Shown here piece by piece: positions 41,564 to 52,315 of a DNA stretch of 64,000 bases. Position 1 is the stretch's first letter; the number at the start of each line of letters is the position of its first letter. The notes below the pieces were generated by a model that did not search any database, was not told the origin of the DNA, and was given only the letters and a program-made list of their open reading frames with translations. The DNA is from Candidatus Asgardarchaeum abyssi (GTDB taxonomy: Archaea; Asgardarchaeota; Asgardarchaeia; Asgardarchaeales; Asgardarchaeaceae). Location of the stretch: NCBI GenBank assembly GCA_040225955.1, contig JBECUL010000001.1:39452-103451 (forward strand), in the 5' to 3' direction. The translations under genes were made by a program, and so were the position numbers.

Positions 41564-42202
41564 ATGTTTGCAGTTGATAGAGCTATTAGTATCCTTGCGA
41601 TATTAATGATTTTTACTGCAGGTTATATAAATGAAGAAAAAAATCTTGAGAGGGCAACCTATGTATACTGTCTACAGACACTCACTTTGGCAATGATATT
41701 CTTTGCCTTAAGCACTATTGAGTGGTATTTTGTAATATGGGGTTGCGCAGCAATATTAACCAAAGCCATAATAATACCTTATTTTATATTAAAAACAATA
41801 AGGCATACTGGTGTCTCAATAGAGGAGGAGCCTTATCTTCCTACATGGGTAAGTTACTTATCGTTAGGTTTTCTCATAGCGATAGGTTTCACAATTGGTT
41901 ACAATATTATCACTACATGGGAACATATACCACTATCAGTTTCAATTTCTCTATTCTTAATTGGATTACATCTTATGATTACTCGTAAAAATGCTTTAAA
42001 ACAGATATTAGGGATATGCCATTTTGAAAACGGCTCGCACCTAACACTAGCTGTTATGGCTAGAGGGATCCCAGAAACTGTTGAAATAGGAATTTTGACA
42101 GATGCTGTTATATTAGTAATTATTTGTTGCCTACTTGTAAAAGATATGAAGAAGGTAGTGGGGACTCTTGATACTAGCAAATTAAGTTTATTAAAGTATT
42201 AG
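41564..42202 (+). CDS. hyfE: Hydrogenase-4 membrane subunit E
   Basis: TKAIIIP, RKNALKQILG..FENGSHL, VEIGILTD. Confidence 0.88.
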   Translation: MFAVDRAISILAILMIFTAGYINEEKNLERATYVYCLQTLTLAMIFFALSTIEWYFVIWGCAAILTKAIIIPYFILKTIRHTGVSIEEEPYLPTWVSYLSLGFLIAIGFTIGYNIITTWEHIPLSVSISLFLIGLHLMITRKNALKQILGICHFENGSHLTLAVMARGIPETVEIGILTDAVILVIICCLLVKDMKKVVGTLDTSKLSLLKY

Positions 42203-42215
42203 AGAGGGAAATGGC

Positions 42216-43700
42216 ATGTACATAATAAGTACAATACCCTTGGTAATTCTTGCCCTGCTGCTTGTTCCATCACTTTCTGCATTATTAATTGCAATTATAA
42301 AGAGTAGAATAGTAGGTGAAATTGTAACGATTTTCTCGTCTACAACTTTGTTAATTCTTTCTGTTGTGATATTGTACCATGTCATTTATGAAGGAACTAT
42401 TCTATGTTTTGGTGGTGAGTTTGGAGTCGATTCCTTATCGGCATGGCTTCTCATATTAATATCATTTATATCCCTAATGGCATCACTTTATTCTATAAAG
42501 TATATTAGATACGAATTAATAGAAAAGAAAATTACTAAAAAGAGAGCAAACATGTACTATGCACTCTTCAATATTTTCTTCTTCACAATGGTACTTCTTG
42601 TTACTACAAATAATATCATTATCATGTGGGTTGCTTTAGAAGCTACGACTTTGGCATCTGCTTATCTTATAGCAATATATCATTCAAAAGAAGCAATTGA
42701 AGCTGGATGGAAATACGTTATCCTCTGTTCAACAGGCATTGCATTTGGTTTGTACGGAATAATTACGCTATACTATACTGCGTATCGTTCTGGTGTGTAC
42801 AATCCACTATTATGGACAAGCTTAGTTACAAGTTCTGAGATGTTTAGAGAATCTCCTACATTACTTAGGATTTCATTTGTACTTATCTTGATAGGCTTTG
42901 GTACAAAGGCAGGTTTGGCACCTTTACACACTTGGCTTCCAGATGCGTATTCTGAAGCACCTGCACCTGTCTCAGCGGTACTTTCAAGCGTACTTGAAGG
43001 TTGTGCAATATATGCTATTATGCGATTCTATAGAATAGCCGTTGGTACAGGTATACTAAGTTTTGCTCAAATAGTCCTTATAATAATAGGTTTGGTTTCG
43101 ATGATTATATCCTCTTTACATATGATCGTAGTAGATGACATCAAGAGAATGTTTGCTCTGTCAAGTGTTGAGCACATGGGTCTTATTGTTTGTGCATTAG
43201 GTTTTGGAGGCAGTTTGGGAACTCTAGCAGCTGTTTTCCATGTATTAAATCATGCTCTAGTTAAATCAGCACTGTTTCTTTCCACAGGAAACTTTGTAAG
43301 AGCTTATGGCACTCGAAAAATTAGTGAAATTAAGGGTATTTTAAGTTCATATCCAATACTTGGTGTTCAATTGTTAATTGGAGTCTATGCTATTATAGGT
43401 GGGCCTCCTTTTGGAGTGTTTCAGTCAGAGCTCCTATCAGTGATGGCAGGGGTATACTATGGCTCTATAGTAGTATTGGTTATTTTTATAATCACTCTTG
43501 TAACTGCATTTGGAGCATTGCTGGTAAACTCTATGAATATAATTTATGGAGAATCTGAATTTAGAGTGAAAAAATATCCCGCATCATGGAATATACCTGT
43601 AATGATTCTTTTACTTATTTCACTTCTTGTAGGTATTTACCTTCCAGAGCCACTTCGGTTATGTCTTGACCAAGCAAGTAAGATTGTTGGAGGAAGTTAG
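42216..43700 (+). CDS. hyfF: Hydrogenase-4 antiporter-like subunit F
   Basis: MWVALEATTL, EAGWKY, GTKAGLAPLHTWLPDAYSEAP, SSVEHMG. Confidence 0.88.
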   Translation: MYIISTIPLVILALLLVPSLSALLIAIIKSRIVGEIVTIFSSTTLLILSVVILYHVIYEGTILCFGGEFGVDSLSAWLLILISFISLMASLYSIKYIRYELIEKKITKKRANMYYALFNIFFFTMVLLVTTNNIIIMWVALEATTLASAYLIAIYHSKEAIEAGWKYVILCSTGIAFGLYGIITLYYTAYRSGVYNPLLWTSLVTSSEMFRESPTLLRISFVLILIGFGTKAGLAPLHTWLPDAYSEAPAPVSAVLSSVLEGCAIYAIMRFYRIAVGTGILSFAQIVLIIIGLVSMIISSLHMIVVDDIKRMFALSSVEHMGLIVCALGFGGSLGTLAAVFHVLNHALVKSALFLSTGNFVRAYGTRKISEIKGILSSYPILGVQLLIGVYAIIGGPPFGVFQSELLSVMAGVYYGSIVVLVIFIITLVTAFGALLVNSMNIIYGESEFRVKKYPASWNIPVMILLLISLLVGIYLPEPLRLCLDQASKIVGGS

Positions 43701-43704
43701 GGTT

Positions 43705-45189
43705 ATGATTGGTTTCGAATTACTGCTTGAATACGATCTTGGAGCTTTCTTTGCTATAGGTATACTGATGTATGTTGTAGCGATTATACTTGCAATATTA
43801 TTTGATTCCAAGCCAAACTATTCAAATATTCTAAGTAATGTTGTATCATGCTTTGCATCTTTGCTAATGATATACGTAAGTATGATTGTAGCCCTTACTG
43901 GCAAGCATTTAAAACTAGGACCTTACGAAATTATAATTCCCCAAGCACCACTAATCATAGATGTGGACTCTATTAGTGCTGTACTAATTTTTGCTATATC
44001 TTCTCTCACATTTGCTATTTCAATATTCTCTATAGGTTATCTGAAGATGTTCTATCACAAAAGAAGTATGGGCTACTTTGGTTTGTTTTATAACCTTTTT
44101 GTTATGGCGATGATTTTAACATGTTGCGTGAGCAACACTTTGTGGTTCTTGCAATTTTGGGAGCTTATGACAGCATCATCTTATTTCTTAGTAGTATATG
44201 AGGATACGCCAGATATCAGAAAAATTGGTTACTTTTACTTCATTATGATGCATTTAGGTTTTGCATGTTTAATAGTTTCTTTATCTCTGATGAGCTTTGC
44301 AGTAGGATCAATGGACTTCAATATTATAGAGATAGCTAGCGTTAATATAAGTGGAGAGCTGAAAACTATAATTCTAATATTAGCACTTATAGGGTTTGGA
44401 ATGAAGATAGGCCTATTTCCTTTATATGTGTGGCTGCCTGAAGCCTATCCAGCAGCACCAAGCAATGTATCTGCGTTACTTAGTGGAGTAATGGCATCGG
44501 TTGGGTTATATGGTTTAATTAAGATAAGTATTCTATTACATGCTACTATGTCTTGGTGGTATATCACACTATCTATTTTAGCAATCATAAATGTATTAGT
44601 AGGGTTCCTAAGTTTGCCGGGTCAAATTGATTTTAAGCGTTTGCTTGCGTATTCAAGTATGATCGAAATGGGTCTTGCAGTTTTATCTTTAGCATACTAT
44701 TGCGCTGGCTCAGAAATCGGTCTAAAGGCATCTTTAATGCATGTCATTAATCAGGCGTATGCTAAAGGTATGCTTTTTGCAATAAGTGGCGTATTCTTAT
44801 ATTGTGCGTATACTAAAAAATTATCAGATATCAAAGGATTGTGGAAAAGTAACCCGTTTTTAGCAACATTATATTTTATTGCATTCGTAGATATTATGGG
44901 TATCCCACCATTTGGTTGTTTCTTTAGTAAGGTCTTTATCATATTATCTGGATTTTCACAATTTCTCAGTTGGTGGGGGCCAGTCTCAGCTACGATTGCT
45001 CTTATCTTGGAAATATTATGTTTCATATGGTTTCTTAGAATACTTCAGTATGCACTTATGGGAAAACCATCTCAAGTTATGCTAGAGATAAAGAGACCAC
45101 CATTACCCATGTATATTGGATTAATTATACTGGCAATCTTGTGTGCAATCTCGGGGATACTTTCTATGTATTTTGTAGGGGGCATTTAG
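43705..45189 (+). CDS. Additional antiporter-like (NuoL/M/N, MrpD-type) hydrogenase membrane subunit
   Basis: WELM, KIGLFPLYVWLPEAYPAAPSNVSALLSG, KRLLAYSS, PPFGCFFSK. Confidence 0.85.
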   Translation: MIGFELLLEYDLGAFFAIGILMYVVAIILAILFDSKPNYSNILSNVVSCFASLLMIYVSMIVALTGKHLKLGPYEIIIPQAPLIIDVDSISAVLIFAISSLTFAISIFSIGYLKMFYHKRSMGYFGLFYNLFVMAMILTCCVSNTLWFLQFWELMTASSYFLVVYEDTPDIRKIGYFYFIMMHLGFACLIVSLSLMSFAVGSMDFNIIEIASVNISGELKTIILILALIGFGMKIGLFPLYVWLPEAYPAAPSNVSALLSGVMASVGLYGLIKISILLHATMSWWYITLSILAIINVLVGFLSLPGQIDFKRLLAYSSMIEMGLAVLSLAYYCAGSEIGLKASLMHVINQAYAKGMLFAISGVFLYCAYTKKLSDIKGLWKSNPFLATLYFIAFVDIMGIPPFGCFFSKVFIILSGFSQFLSWWGPVSATIALILEILCFIWFLRILQYALMGKPSQVMLEIKRPPLPMYIGLIILAILCAISGILSMYFVGGI

Positions 45190-45190
45190 C

Positions 45191-46894
45191 ATGAATAAAA
45201 TAAGTGAGCTTGAAGATAGGATTAAGCGTGAAATAGGAAATTTAATAATGAATATAGAAAAGCCATATCCTAATCAAATATATCTACATGTTAAAAGGTC
45301 AAATTTACTTGAAGTATGCTCATATGTATTCTATAAGCTAGGTGGATTTCTTTCTACTATGGTTGGTACTGATGAGAGAAACCTATGTAGTATGTTTACA
45401 TTGCGCTATGTCTTCTCTATAGAAGATGTAGATATATATGACAGTGATGATGAAAAACCATGGGTGATTGTCTCAACAGAAATTCCACCAGATGACCCCA
45501 CGTTTCCTTCAGTCACTCCAAAAATACCCTCCGCAGTATGGTACGAGCGTGAAGTCAGAGACTTGTTGGGACTTGAGCCCGTAGGACATCCCGATCCACG
45601 TAGATTAGTACTACCTGATGATTGGCCCGAAGGTGTTTATCCACTAAGGAAAGAGTATAAACATGACATTAGACCTCCAAGTATTCCTGAAAAATATGAG
45701 TTTAAGCCTGAAACTAAAGGCGAAAAAATAATCCAAGTACCCATAGGTCCAGTTCATGCAGCAGTAGATGAACCAGCTCAGTTTAGGGTATTTCTCGATG
45801 GTGAAAAAGTTGTTGATTTGGATTACAGAATGTTTTATATATACCGAGGAATAGAAAAAATCTCTGAAAGCAGATTAACTTATAATCAAGTACCATTTAT
45901 TGCTGAAAGAATTTGTGGAATTTGTGGTAACGCGCATTCATGCTGTTATTGTCAAGCAGTTGAGCAAGCGATGAGGATAAATGTGCCTGAAAGAGCTAAA
46001 TATATTCGAACCATAATGCTCGAAATAGAGCGACTGCATAGCCATCTCTTGTGGTTAGGTATTGCTTGTCACCTAGCAGCATTTGATTGGGGGTTTATGG
46101 AGTTCTTTAAAGTTAGAGAGATAATAATGTATCTGGCCGAAATACTATCTGGTGGTAGGAAAACCTATGGTATAAATATTATTGGTGGAGTAAGGAGAGA
46201 TATTACTGAGAAAAGAGCAGAAAAAGCACTTAAAATGTTAAATGAATTTGAGGAGGAATATAAAAAAGTTCTTGATACTGTTGTTAGCACATCTACATTT
46301 ATTAAACGTGTAAAGGATGTAGGCGTGTTACCTAAAGAAGTTGCCAGAAAAACAAGTGTTGTTGGTCCAGTAGCACGAGGGTCGGGAATTAAAAGAGATA
46401 CGAGAAAAGATCATCCTTATGCATCTTATGATGAAATAGACTTTAAAGTTCCAACCTATGATGATGGAGACGTACTTTCAAGGGCTTTAGTTCGAGCTGA
46501 AGAGGCTTTGGAATCAATCAATATAATTAGGCAAGCTATAGAAAACATGCCTAGTGGCCCTATAATTACTGACGAAAAAGAGTATATAAACTATGCAAAA
46601 GGATTGGGGGCTGTCGAAGCTCCTAGGGGAGAGGATGTTCATTTTGTTATATTAGGGCCTCTTAGTAAGGTTTATAGACACCGAATAAGGGCTTCGACCT
46701 ATAATAACTGGCCTGTGGTACCATATATGTGCCGTGGTTATACTCTGGCTGACGTACCATTAATAATTGCCAGTATTGACCCATGCTATAGTTGCACTGA
46801 AAGGGTCTTACTTATAGATGTTAAAACTGGTAGTCGTAAGAATATTTCTTATGACTACTTGCTAAATTTGTGTCGAAAAGGTGGTAGGTTGTGA
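45191..46894 (+). CDS. hycE: Group 4 [NiFe]-hydrogenase large subunit (NuoC-D fusion type)
   Basis: L1 ERICGICGNAH and L2 DPCYSCTER with a C-terminal extension. Confidence 0.95.
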   Translation: MNKISELEDRIKREIGNLIMNIEKPYPNQIYLHVKRSNLLEVCSYVFYKLGGFLSTMVGTDERNLCSMFTLRYVFSIEDVDIYDSDDEKPWVIVSTEIPPDDPTFPSVTPKIPSAVWYEREVRDLLGLEPVGHPDPRRLVLPDDWPEGVYPLRKEYKHDIRPPSIPEKYEFKPETKGEKIIQVPIGPVHAAVDEPAQFRVFLDGEKVVDLDYRMFYIYRGIEKISESRLTYNQVPFIAERICGICGNAHSCCYCQAVEQAMRINVPERAKYIRTIMLEIERLHSHLLWLGIACHLAAFDWGFMEFFKVREIIMYLAEILSGGRKTYGINIIGGVRRDITEKRAEKALKMLNEFEEEYKKVLDTVVSTSTFIKRVKDVGVLPKEVARKTSVVGPVARGSGIKRDTRKDHPYASYDEIDFKVPTYDDGDVLSRALVRAEEALESINIIRQAIENMPSGPIITDEKEYINYAKGLGAVEAPRGEDVHFVILGPLSKVYRHRIRASTYNNWPVVPYMCRGYTLADVPLIIASIDPCYSCTERVLLIDVKTGSRKNISYDYLLNLCRKGGRL

Positions 46895-47598
46895 CACTGA
46901 AAAATATATTAAAAATTATAAAGGAAAAAGGTACTGTAACTTTAGCTTATCCCTTTGAACCTGAAGAGGTTCCAGAAGATTTTAGGGGAAAACCTATAAT
47001 AAATCCAGATATTTGTATGGGTTGTGGTGCGTGTGCTAATGTTTGTCCTCCTGATGCCATAATGGTGTTTGATGATTTTGAAAAGGGCACTAAGGTTTGG
47101 AGAATATTTTATGGTAGATGTATTTTTTGTGGAAGATGTGAAGAAGCCTGTCCAATTGGTGCTATTAAGCAAAGCGAAGAATTTGAGTTGGCTTCAAAAA
47201 GTAGGGAAGATTTGGAGTCTATTGTTATTACACCCCTAGCAAAATGTGATATATGTGGAAGATATTTTATTATTAGTGAAAGAGAGATAAAACAAGCATT
47301 AGAGATAACAAAAGCCTCAAAGACAATACCTCCATCGATTCTTGAACTAATTGAGAATGGCGTTGAATGTCCAACTTGTAAGCGTAAGAAAACAGTTTTA
47401 TCCTTTGTTAGGGCGTTAAAACCTTTCGAATCTGAAAAATTAGAGAGCATACCACCAGCCACGGCAGTTAATCTAGTAAGGGAAAAATTAACATTTCACA
47501 GTTCATTGGGCAAGAAAGGAGAATATACAAATCCTAGAGAAGATAATATCAAGGGAGTGGGACAAAATGAAGGAAAAACTAAAGAAAAAAGCATATGA
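46891..47598 (+). CDS. hycF: FHL iron-sulfur subunit (NuoI-like)
   Basis: FRGKP, CMGCGACANVCP, CIFCGRCEEACP, CDIC..CPTC. Confidence 0.9.
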   Translation: MTLKNILKIIKEKGTVTLAYPFEPEEVPEDFRGKPIINPDICMGCGACANVCPPDAIMVFDDFEKGTKVWRIFYGRCIFCGRCEEACPIGAIKQSEEFELASKSREDLESIVITPLAKCDICGRYFIISEREIKQALEITKASKTIPPSILELIENGVECPTCKRKKTVLSFVRALKPFESEKLESIPPATAVNLVREKLTFHSSLGKKGEYTNPREDNIKGVGQNEGKTKEKSI

Positions 47599-48310
47599 GG
47601 TACTAAAAAGATCGGTTTATGTGTTAAGAGTAGATACGGGATCATGTAATGGTTGCGAAATAGAAATTTATAATGCATTCACACCCTATTTCGATATTGA
47701 GAGATTTGGTGTGAGGTTAGTATATTCGCCTAGGTTGGCAGATGTTTTACTTGTAACAGGTCCAGTTACCAGACAATTTGTACCTATACTAAAAGCAGTG
47801 TATGAGGCTATACCTAAGCCATGTATTGTTGTAGCTTGTGGGGCTTGCGCTTGTGGTGGGGGAATATGGTATGATAGCCATTCAATAATGGGTGGGGTGG
47901 ATAAGCTAATTCCAGTAGATGCCTATATCCCGGGATGTCCACCTAGGCCTCAATCGATACTTTATGGTATGTTAGTTGCTTTAGATGTTTTAGCTCAAAA
48001 AATTGAAAGAGAAGAGGCTATTGCAAATTCCAGTACCTATAAACCAGAATTCTCAAATTTTGAAGGTATAATTGATAATTGGGAACTTTACAAAGCACTA
48101 AAATTTGAACTTCATAGATATCTTGGATATAGATTTGGTAATAGAGTTTTAGAGGACTTATTGAAACTTTCAAAGGAATGTAGTAATATTGATGAGTTTA
48201 TAGAAAAAGCTGAAATGAAAATTCAAGAGAAATATAATGATCCAAGAGTAACTGAGGCTGTTAAGTTTTCATGTCTAAAACTTAAAGATGTTAAGGAAGT
48301 GATTACATAA
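47567..48310 (+). CDS. hycG: FHL hydrogenase small subunit (NuoB-like)
   Basis: GSCNGCEIE, SPRLADVLLVTG, GACACGGG, IPGCPPRP. Confidence 0.93.
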   Translation: MKEKLKKKAYEVLKRSVYVLRVDTGSCNGCEIEIYNAFTPYFDIERFGVRLVYSPRLADVLLVTGPVTRQFVPILKAVYEAIPKPCIVVACGACACGGGIWYDSHSIMGGVDKLIPVDAYIPGCPPRPQSILYGMLVALDVLAQKIEREEAIANSSTYKPEFSNFEGIIDNWELYKALKFELHRYLGYRFGNRVLEDLLKLSKECSNIDEFIEKAEMKIQEKYNDPRVTEAVKFSCLKLKDVKEVIT

Positions 48311-49761
48311 TGGATCCTTTATTGTTTTTTACTATTGCGGCTATAATTATACCTATTATCTTCAGCCTCTTAGTATTTAATAGCAGGAGGGCATATAACT
48401 TATCTGTAGTAGCCTCACTGATATCATTTTTATGTGTATTATGTATTACATACCTATTCTTGTTCAGCTATGGTACAATATCCCACAAGTATGAAGTGAT
48501 ATATTATCGAGGTATAGAACTTGGTTTTATAATTGACACTCTAAGTGTACTAATTAGCTTTATGGTCGCATTTAACGGCCTAGCTACAATAGTTTTTTCA
48601 AAATACTACATGTCCCCTCTAAATAAAGAACATCCAATAAAATTTGAAAAAACAATAAGATTCTATAGTTTTCTTCTTATTTTCGAAAGCTCTGCTTTAG
48701 GATTTATATATTCATCAACATTACTTTCAATGATTATATTTTTTGAATTGACAAGTATATGTTCTTTCTTTCTCATAGGCTACTATGGTACACCGGAGTC
48801 CAGAAAAGCAAGTTTTGAAGCACTAATAGTAACACATATCGCAGCTATGGGCTTATATGTAGCTGCAGGTATAACATATGCATATACCGGTAGTCTTAAT
48901 GTTGTAGCAATTAAAAGTCTTCCCGAACTAATGAAAACAGTCACGCTATTATGTTTACTAGTAGCTGCTATGGGTAAATCTGCTCAAGTACCAACTCATA
49001 CGTGGCTTCCACATGCTATGGTTGCCCCTACACCAGTTTCAGCCTACTTACACGCAGCAGCTATGGTTAAATTAGGAGTTTATCTAATGTTGAGAGTATA
49101 CATTGAAGTAGGATTTACGCAAATTGTCACAATTGCTTGCCTAGTAGTAGGTTTAATTTCAATGATGTATGGGTGCATAATGTACTTCCCGCAGCGTGAT
49201 CTAAAGAGACTCTTGGCTTATTCTACAATAACACAACTATCGTATATATTAACAGGGGTTGGTATAGCTTCTTTAGGATCCTCACTAGCATTACAAGGAG
49301 CTGCATTACATATATTTAATCATGGATTTGCTAAAGAATTATTTTTCTTGACTGCTGGTCTGATCTCGTATTCCACTGGTACTAGACTGCTCAACGAAAT
49401 AAGTGGTCTGAAGAAAATAAAAGGTGCTGCAGTAGGTTTCATTGTAGCTGCGATGTCTATAACAGGCATTCCACCATTTAACTGTTTTTGGAGCAAGATA
49501 TCAATAATAATAGGTGGTTATCAAACAGGAACATTAGTAGGTATAATTGCATCCACAATAATTCTTTTTGAGTCTTTAATATGTTTCATATGGTTCCTTA
49601 GAATACTAACACAGTGCATAATGGGAAAGCCATCAGAGAGAGTCGAAAAGGCACAAGAAGTACCCAGCTCAATGAAGCTTGTCATATATTCGTTAGTCTT
49701 ATTCACGCTGATATCGCCTATAATAGCTGGGCCATTCTTAAGATTACTTATAAATCCCTAA
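48310..49761 (+). CDS. hyfD: Hydrogenase-4 antiporter-like subunit D
   Basis: NKEHP, GKSAQVP..WLPHAMVAPTPVSAYLHAAAMVK, LAYSTITQL. Confidence 0.88.
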   Translation: MDPLLFFTIAAIIIPIIFSLLVFNSRRAYNLSVVASLISFLCVLCITYLFLFSYGTISHKYEVIYYRGIELGFIIDTLSVLISFMVAFNGLATIVFSKYYMSPLNKEHPIKFEKTIRFYSFLLIFESSALGFIYSSTLLSMIIFFELTSICSFFLIGYYGTPESRKASFEALIVTHIAAMGLYVAAGITYAYTGSLNVVAIKSLPELMKTVTLLCLLVAAMGKSAQVPTHTWLPHAMVAPTPVSAYLHAAAMVKLGVYLMLRVYIEVGFTQIVTIACLVVGLISMMYGCIMYFPQRDLKRLLAYSTITQLSYILTGVGIASLGSSLALQGAALHIFNHGFAKELFFLTAGLISYSTGTRLLNEISGLKKIKGAAVGFIVAAMSITGIPPFNCFWSKISIIIGGYQTGTLVGIIASTIILFESLICFIWFLRILTQCIMGKPSERVEKAQEVPSSMKLVIYSLVLFTLISPIIAGPFLRLLINP

Positions 49762-49782
49762 TTTTTCATAATTGATTTAGAG

Positions 49783-50100
49783 GTGCTCAACTTGAAAATT
49801 GAAATATATTCCTTTCTAAGCAGGTCTACGTTAATTGATGAAAATACATTAAACATCATAGACGATTTTTTAATTAGAATTGCTCATGACGAGTCAATTT
49901 ATGATGTTTTAGTTAAAATATACGAAGGGCACTTAGATGATATAATCAACAAACTTAATGATGATGAGCTAGCAAAACTAAAACGCTACCATTATTTGGT
50001 TTTAAAGAAAAATGATGCAAGAAAAATATTAAAGGCCATAAACAAAGAACCTCAAAGTCCCGATTTAAAATATATAGTAATTAAAGTTGCAAACAAATAA
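49783..50100 (+). CDS. hycH: HycH/HyfJ-like FHL maturation factor
   Basis: Last gene of the operon; YSFLSRSTLIDEN, IAHDESIYDVL and YIVIK resemble HycH segments as recalled (FSQLSRKFIDEN, IGHHLGVIDCL, YLMVR). Confidence 0.55.
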   Translation: MLNLKIEIYSFLSRSTLIDENTLNIIDDFLIRIAHDESIYDVLVKIYEGHLDDIINKLNDDELAKLKRYHYLVLKKNDARKILKAINKEPQSPDLKYIVIKVANK

Positions 50101-50336
50101 TAAAAAAACAAATAGCCTTCCTAGAATGCCTTCATATAAAATAGTTGTTTACGTGAACTTAACAATCTTCATCCGATCACTGACGTAATGACTTAAGAAA
50201 TTTCTATTTCTTTTGACTTAGAATAGAGAGCAAAAAAAGTAAAAAGATTTTCTGAGAAAAATACATATAGAAAACTTATGTTATGAGTTTATACACGTAA
50301 TGTTCAAGGTTCTCATCACGAGAGAGGTGAAAGCCT

Positions 50337-52315
50337 TTGAGAACATTTATTAAAGTTTTAGCAATAACTTTACTCATTTTAGCTGGTGTGAGTTTTATTT
50401 TCTCTCTGAACGCTACAATAACGGGAATTGAGCTTTATGAAAATATAACTAATGGAAAATATGATGATTTTCTCACTGAGGGAGCATATTTTGAATATAT
50501 TTATACTGGAGATCAGTATGGTGAGGGCGATTGGGAAGATTATCATTGGTGGTTTCGTGAAACGGGTCGTTTGGAAGTAACAAAAGTGGAAAATGACATT
50601 ATTGAAGGTCAACTAGTTTATGAGAGAGTAGAAGAGGATAACGAGGGATTATACAATGAGTATACATGCTATGTAAATTTCACTTATAATATAACTAGTT
50701 ATTGGTATACAGAACATGTAAAAGTTGTTAGTGGCGATAAAACTGAATACTATACTAACAATTACATAGAACCATGGTTTTATCATAAAGAAAACGATTT
50801 GCCTATAATCCTAAATGAATCGTTTTTGATCACTAAGAAAGAAATTACAATATACGAAATTCCAGTGAGGTCACTATTTGCTCATAGAGAAGAAAATATA
50901 ATATATGTCGAAGATAATATTTCCTTCTACGGTCAAATTATTGAAGATTATTACTTTGATGAGCAAAGTGGTGTCTTACTGAAGTACACTGTTAGCTACC
51001 CAAGCATGTGGGATTTATCAAACAGTGTAGGATGGTCATACTATGATGATATGTGATCACAAGGACAAACGTAAAGCTTGCAATAAATATTGATGAAACA
51101 CAGGCACAAGTATATCCCTGGATTATTGTTCTGAAAACACAAATTTGGGCGTTATTATTCATTCTAATAGGAGCAATTACTACCATTAGCGATCCGTTTA
51201 TTACTAATCGGACATTTTCCAAAGCAGTAAAAAATATTAAAAACTTTAGTTCTCCACAGCCAGTTACTCACTTATCACCAGTTTACTTTGATGTTTATGC
51301 AAATGGCTGGCTTTCGGACGGCTTTGTTGTCTTCAAGAGAGGATCAGAAAGTCATGTTTTAGCTGATTTGCGTAAAGAGGAACAGCATGCATTAGATACT
51401 ACAGAGTTATTTGCGTTGGAAAAACTTCTGGCATTTGATGAATTAAATGAATCTGATGTCAATGTACTAAATGCAATAAACTCAAAGTGCAACTGTGTAG
51501 AATTAAGAGGAATGCCTAGGAGTGATCCAATCCTTGTAGATAAGTTAAAAGAAATAAGCAAGAGGTATATCGACAATGTCTTAAAAGCTATAAAATCTCC
51601 TGAAGCCTACGAATTATTAGAGTTTGCTTTTGAGATTATGGGCTATCGAAAAGTTCTCGCAGAGATGTTTGGTCAAGCCTATGCACTTCCACCATATAAC
51701 TTATTTAGGGCATGGAAAATATATGAGAGAGTCGGTATTGGGCGGGTATTACTAATAGGTGACGATGATTTCTTATCAATACTTCTAGCAAAGCTCGGTG
51801 TCAGCGTGTCGGTAATTGATGTAGATCCGTATGTATTAAGAGTTATTAGGTATCTATCTCAAAGATATGGGCTAGAAGGCAGAATTGAACTGTTTTATCA
51901 TGATATCCGTGAACCATTTACTATTGACACTCGTTTTAGTGCAGTTCATATGGATCCTGGGTACTCCCTTGATGGATTATTACTGTTTTTATCTCGAGGA
52001 TTGGCTTGTTTAAGATTAGGTGGTACTCTTTTTGTTAGTTGGAATAGTAAAGGAGCAAACAAAGATTTACTAGAAAAAGCTCTAGTTGCGCATAATATTA
52101 ACATCTTAGAGAGGGCTAAAATAAAGCTGCGATACTTGGTACCTGTTGCAGGATACTATTCGCATATACGCACAAAATATGGAGGGCACACTATATTTAT
52201 TCCTCCGACAATTAGAGTAGGGGCCTGGAAAGCTATATTCTATATCGGAACTCTACAAAGGTCACCTAATTTCGTGGTCAAACCAGATTTTGCGTACACG
52301 GGGGTTCTGTATTGA
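50337..52315 (+). CDS. Putative membrane-spanning BpsA-like aminopropyl/methyltransferase: extracellular domain (ORF 50337-51056) + TM + BpsA-like domain (ORF 51053-52315); one frameshifted gene or two coupled genes
   Basis: ORF1 has a signal/TM segment and acidic, Tyr-rich beta domain with NxT sequons; ORF2 has a TM then FGQAY..RA, IGDDDFLS, IDVD, HDIREP, MDPG, FLSRGLACL. Confidence 0.7.
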
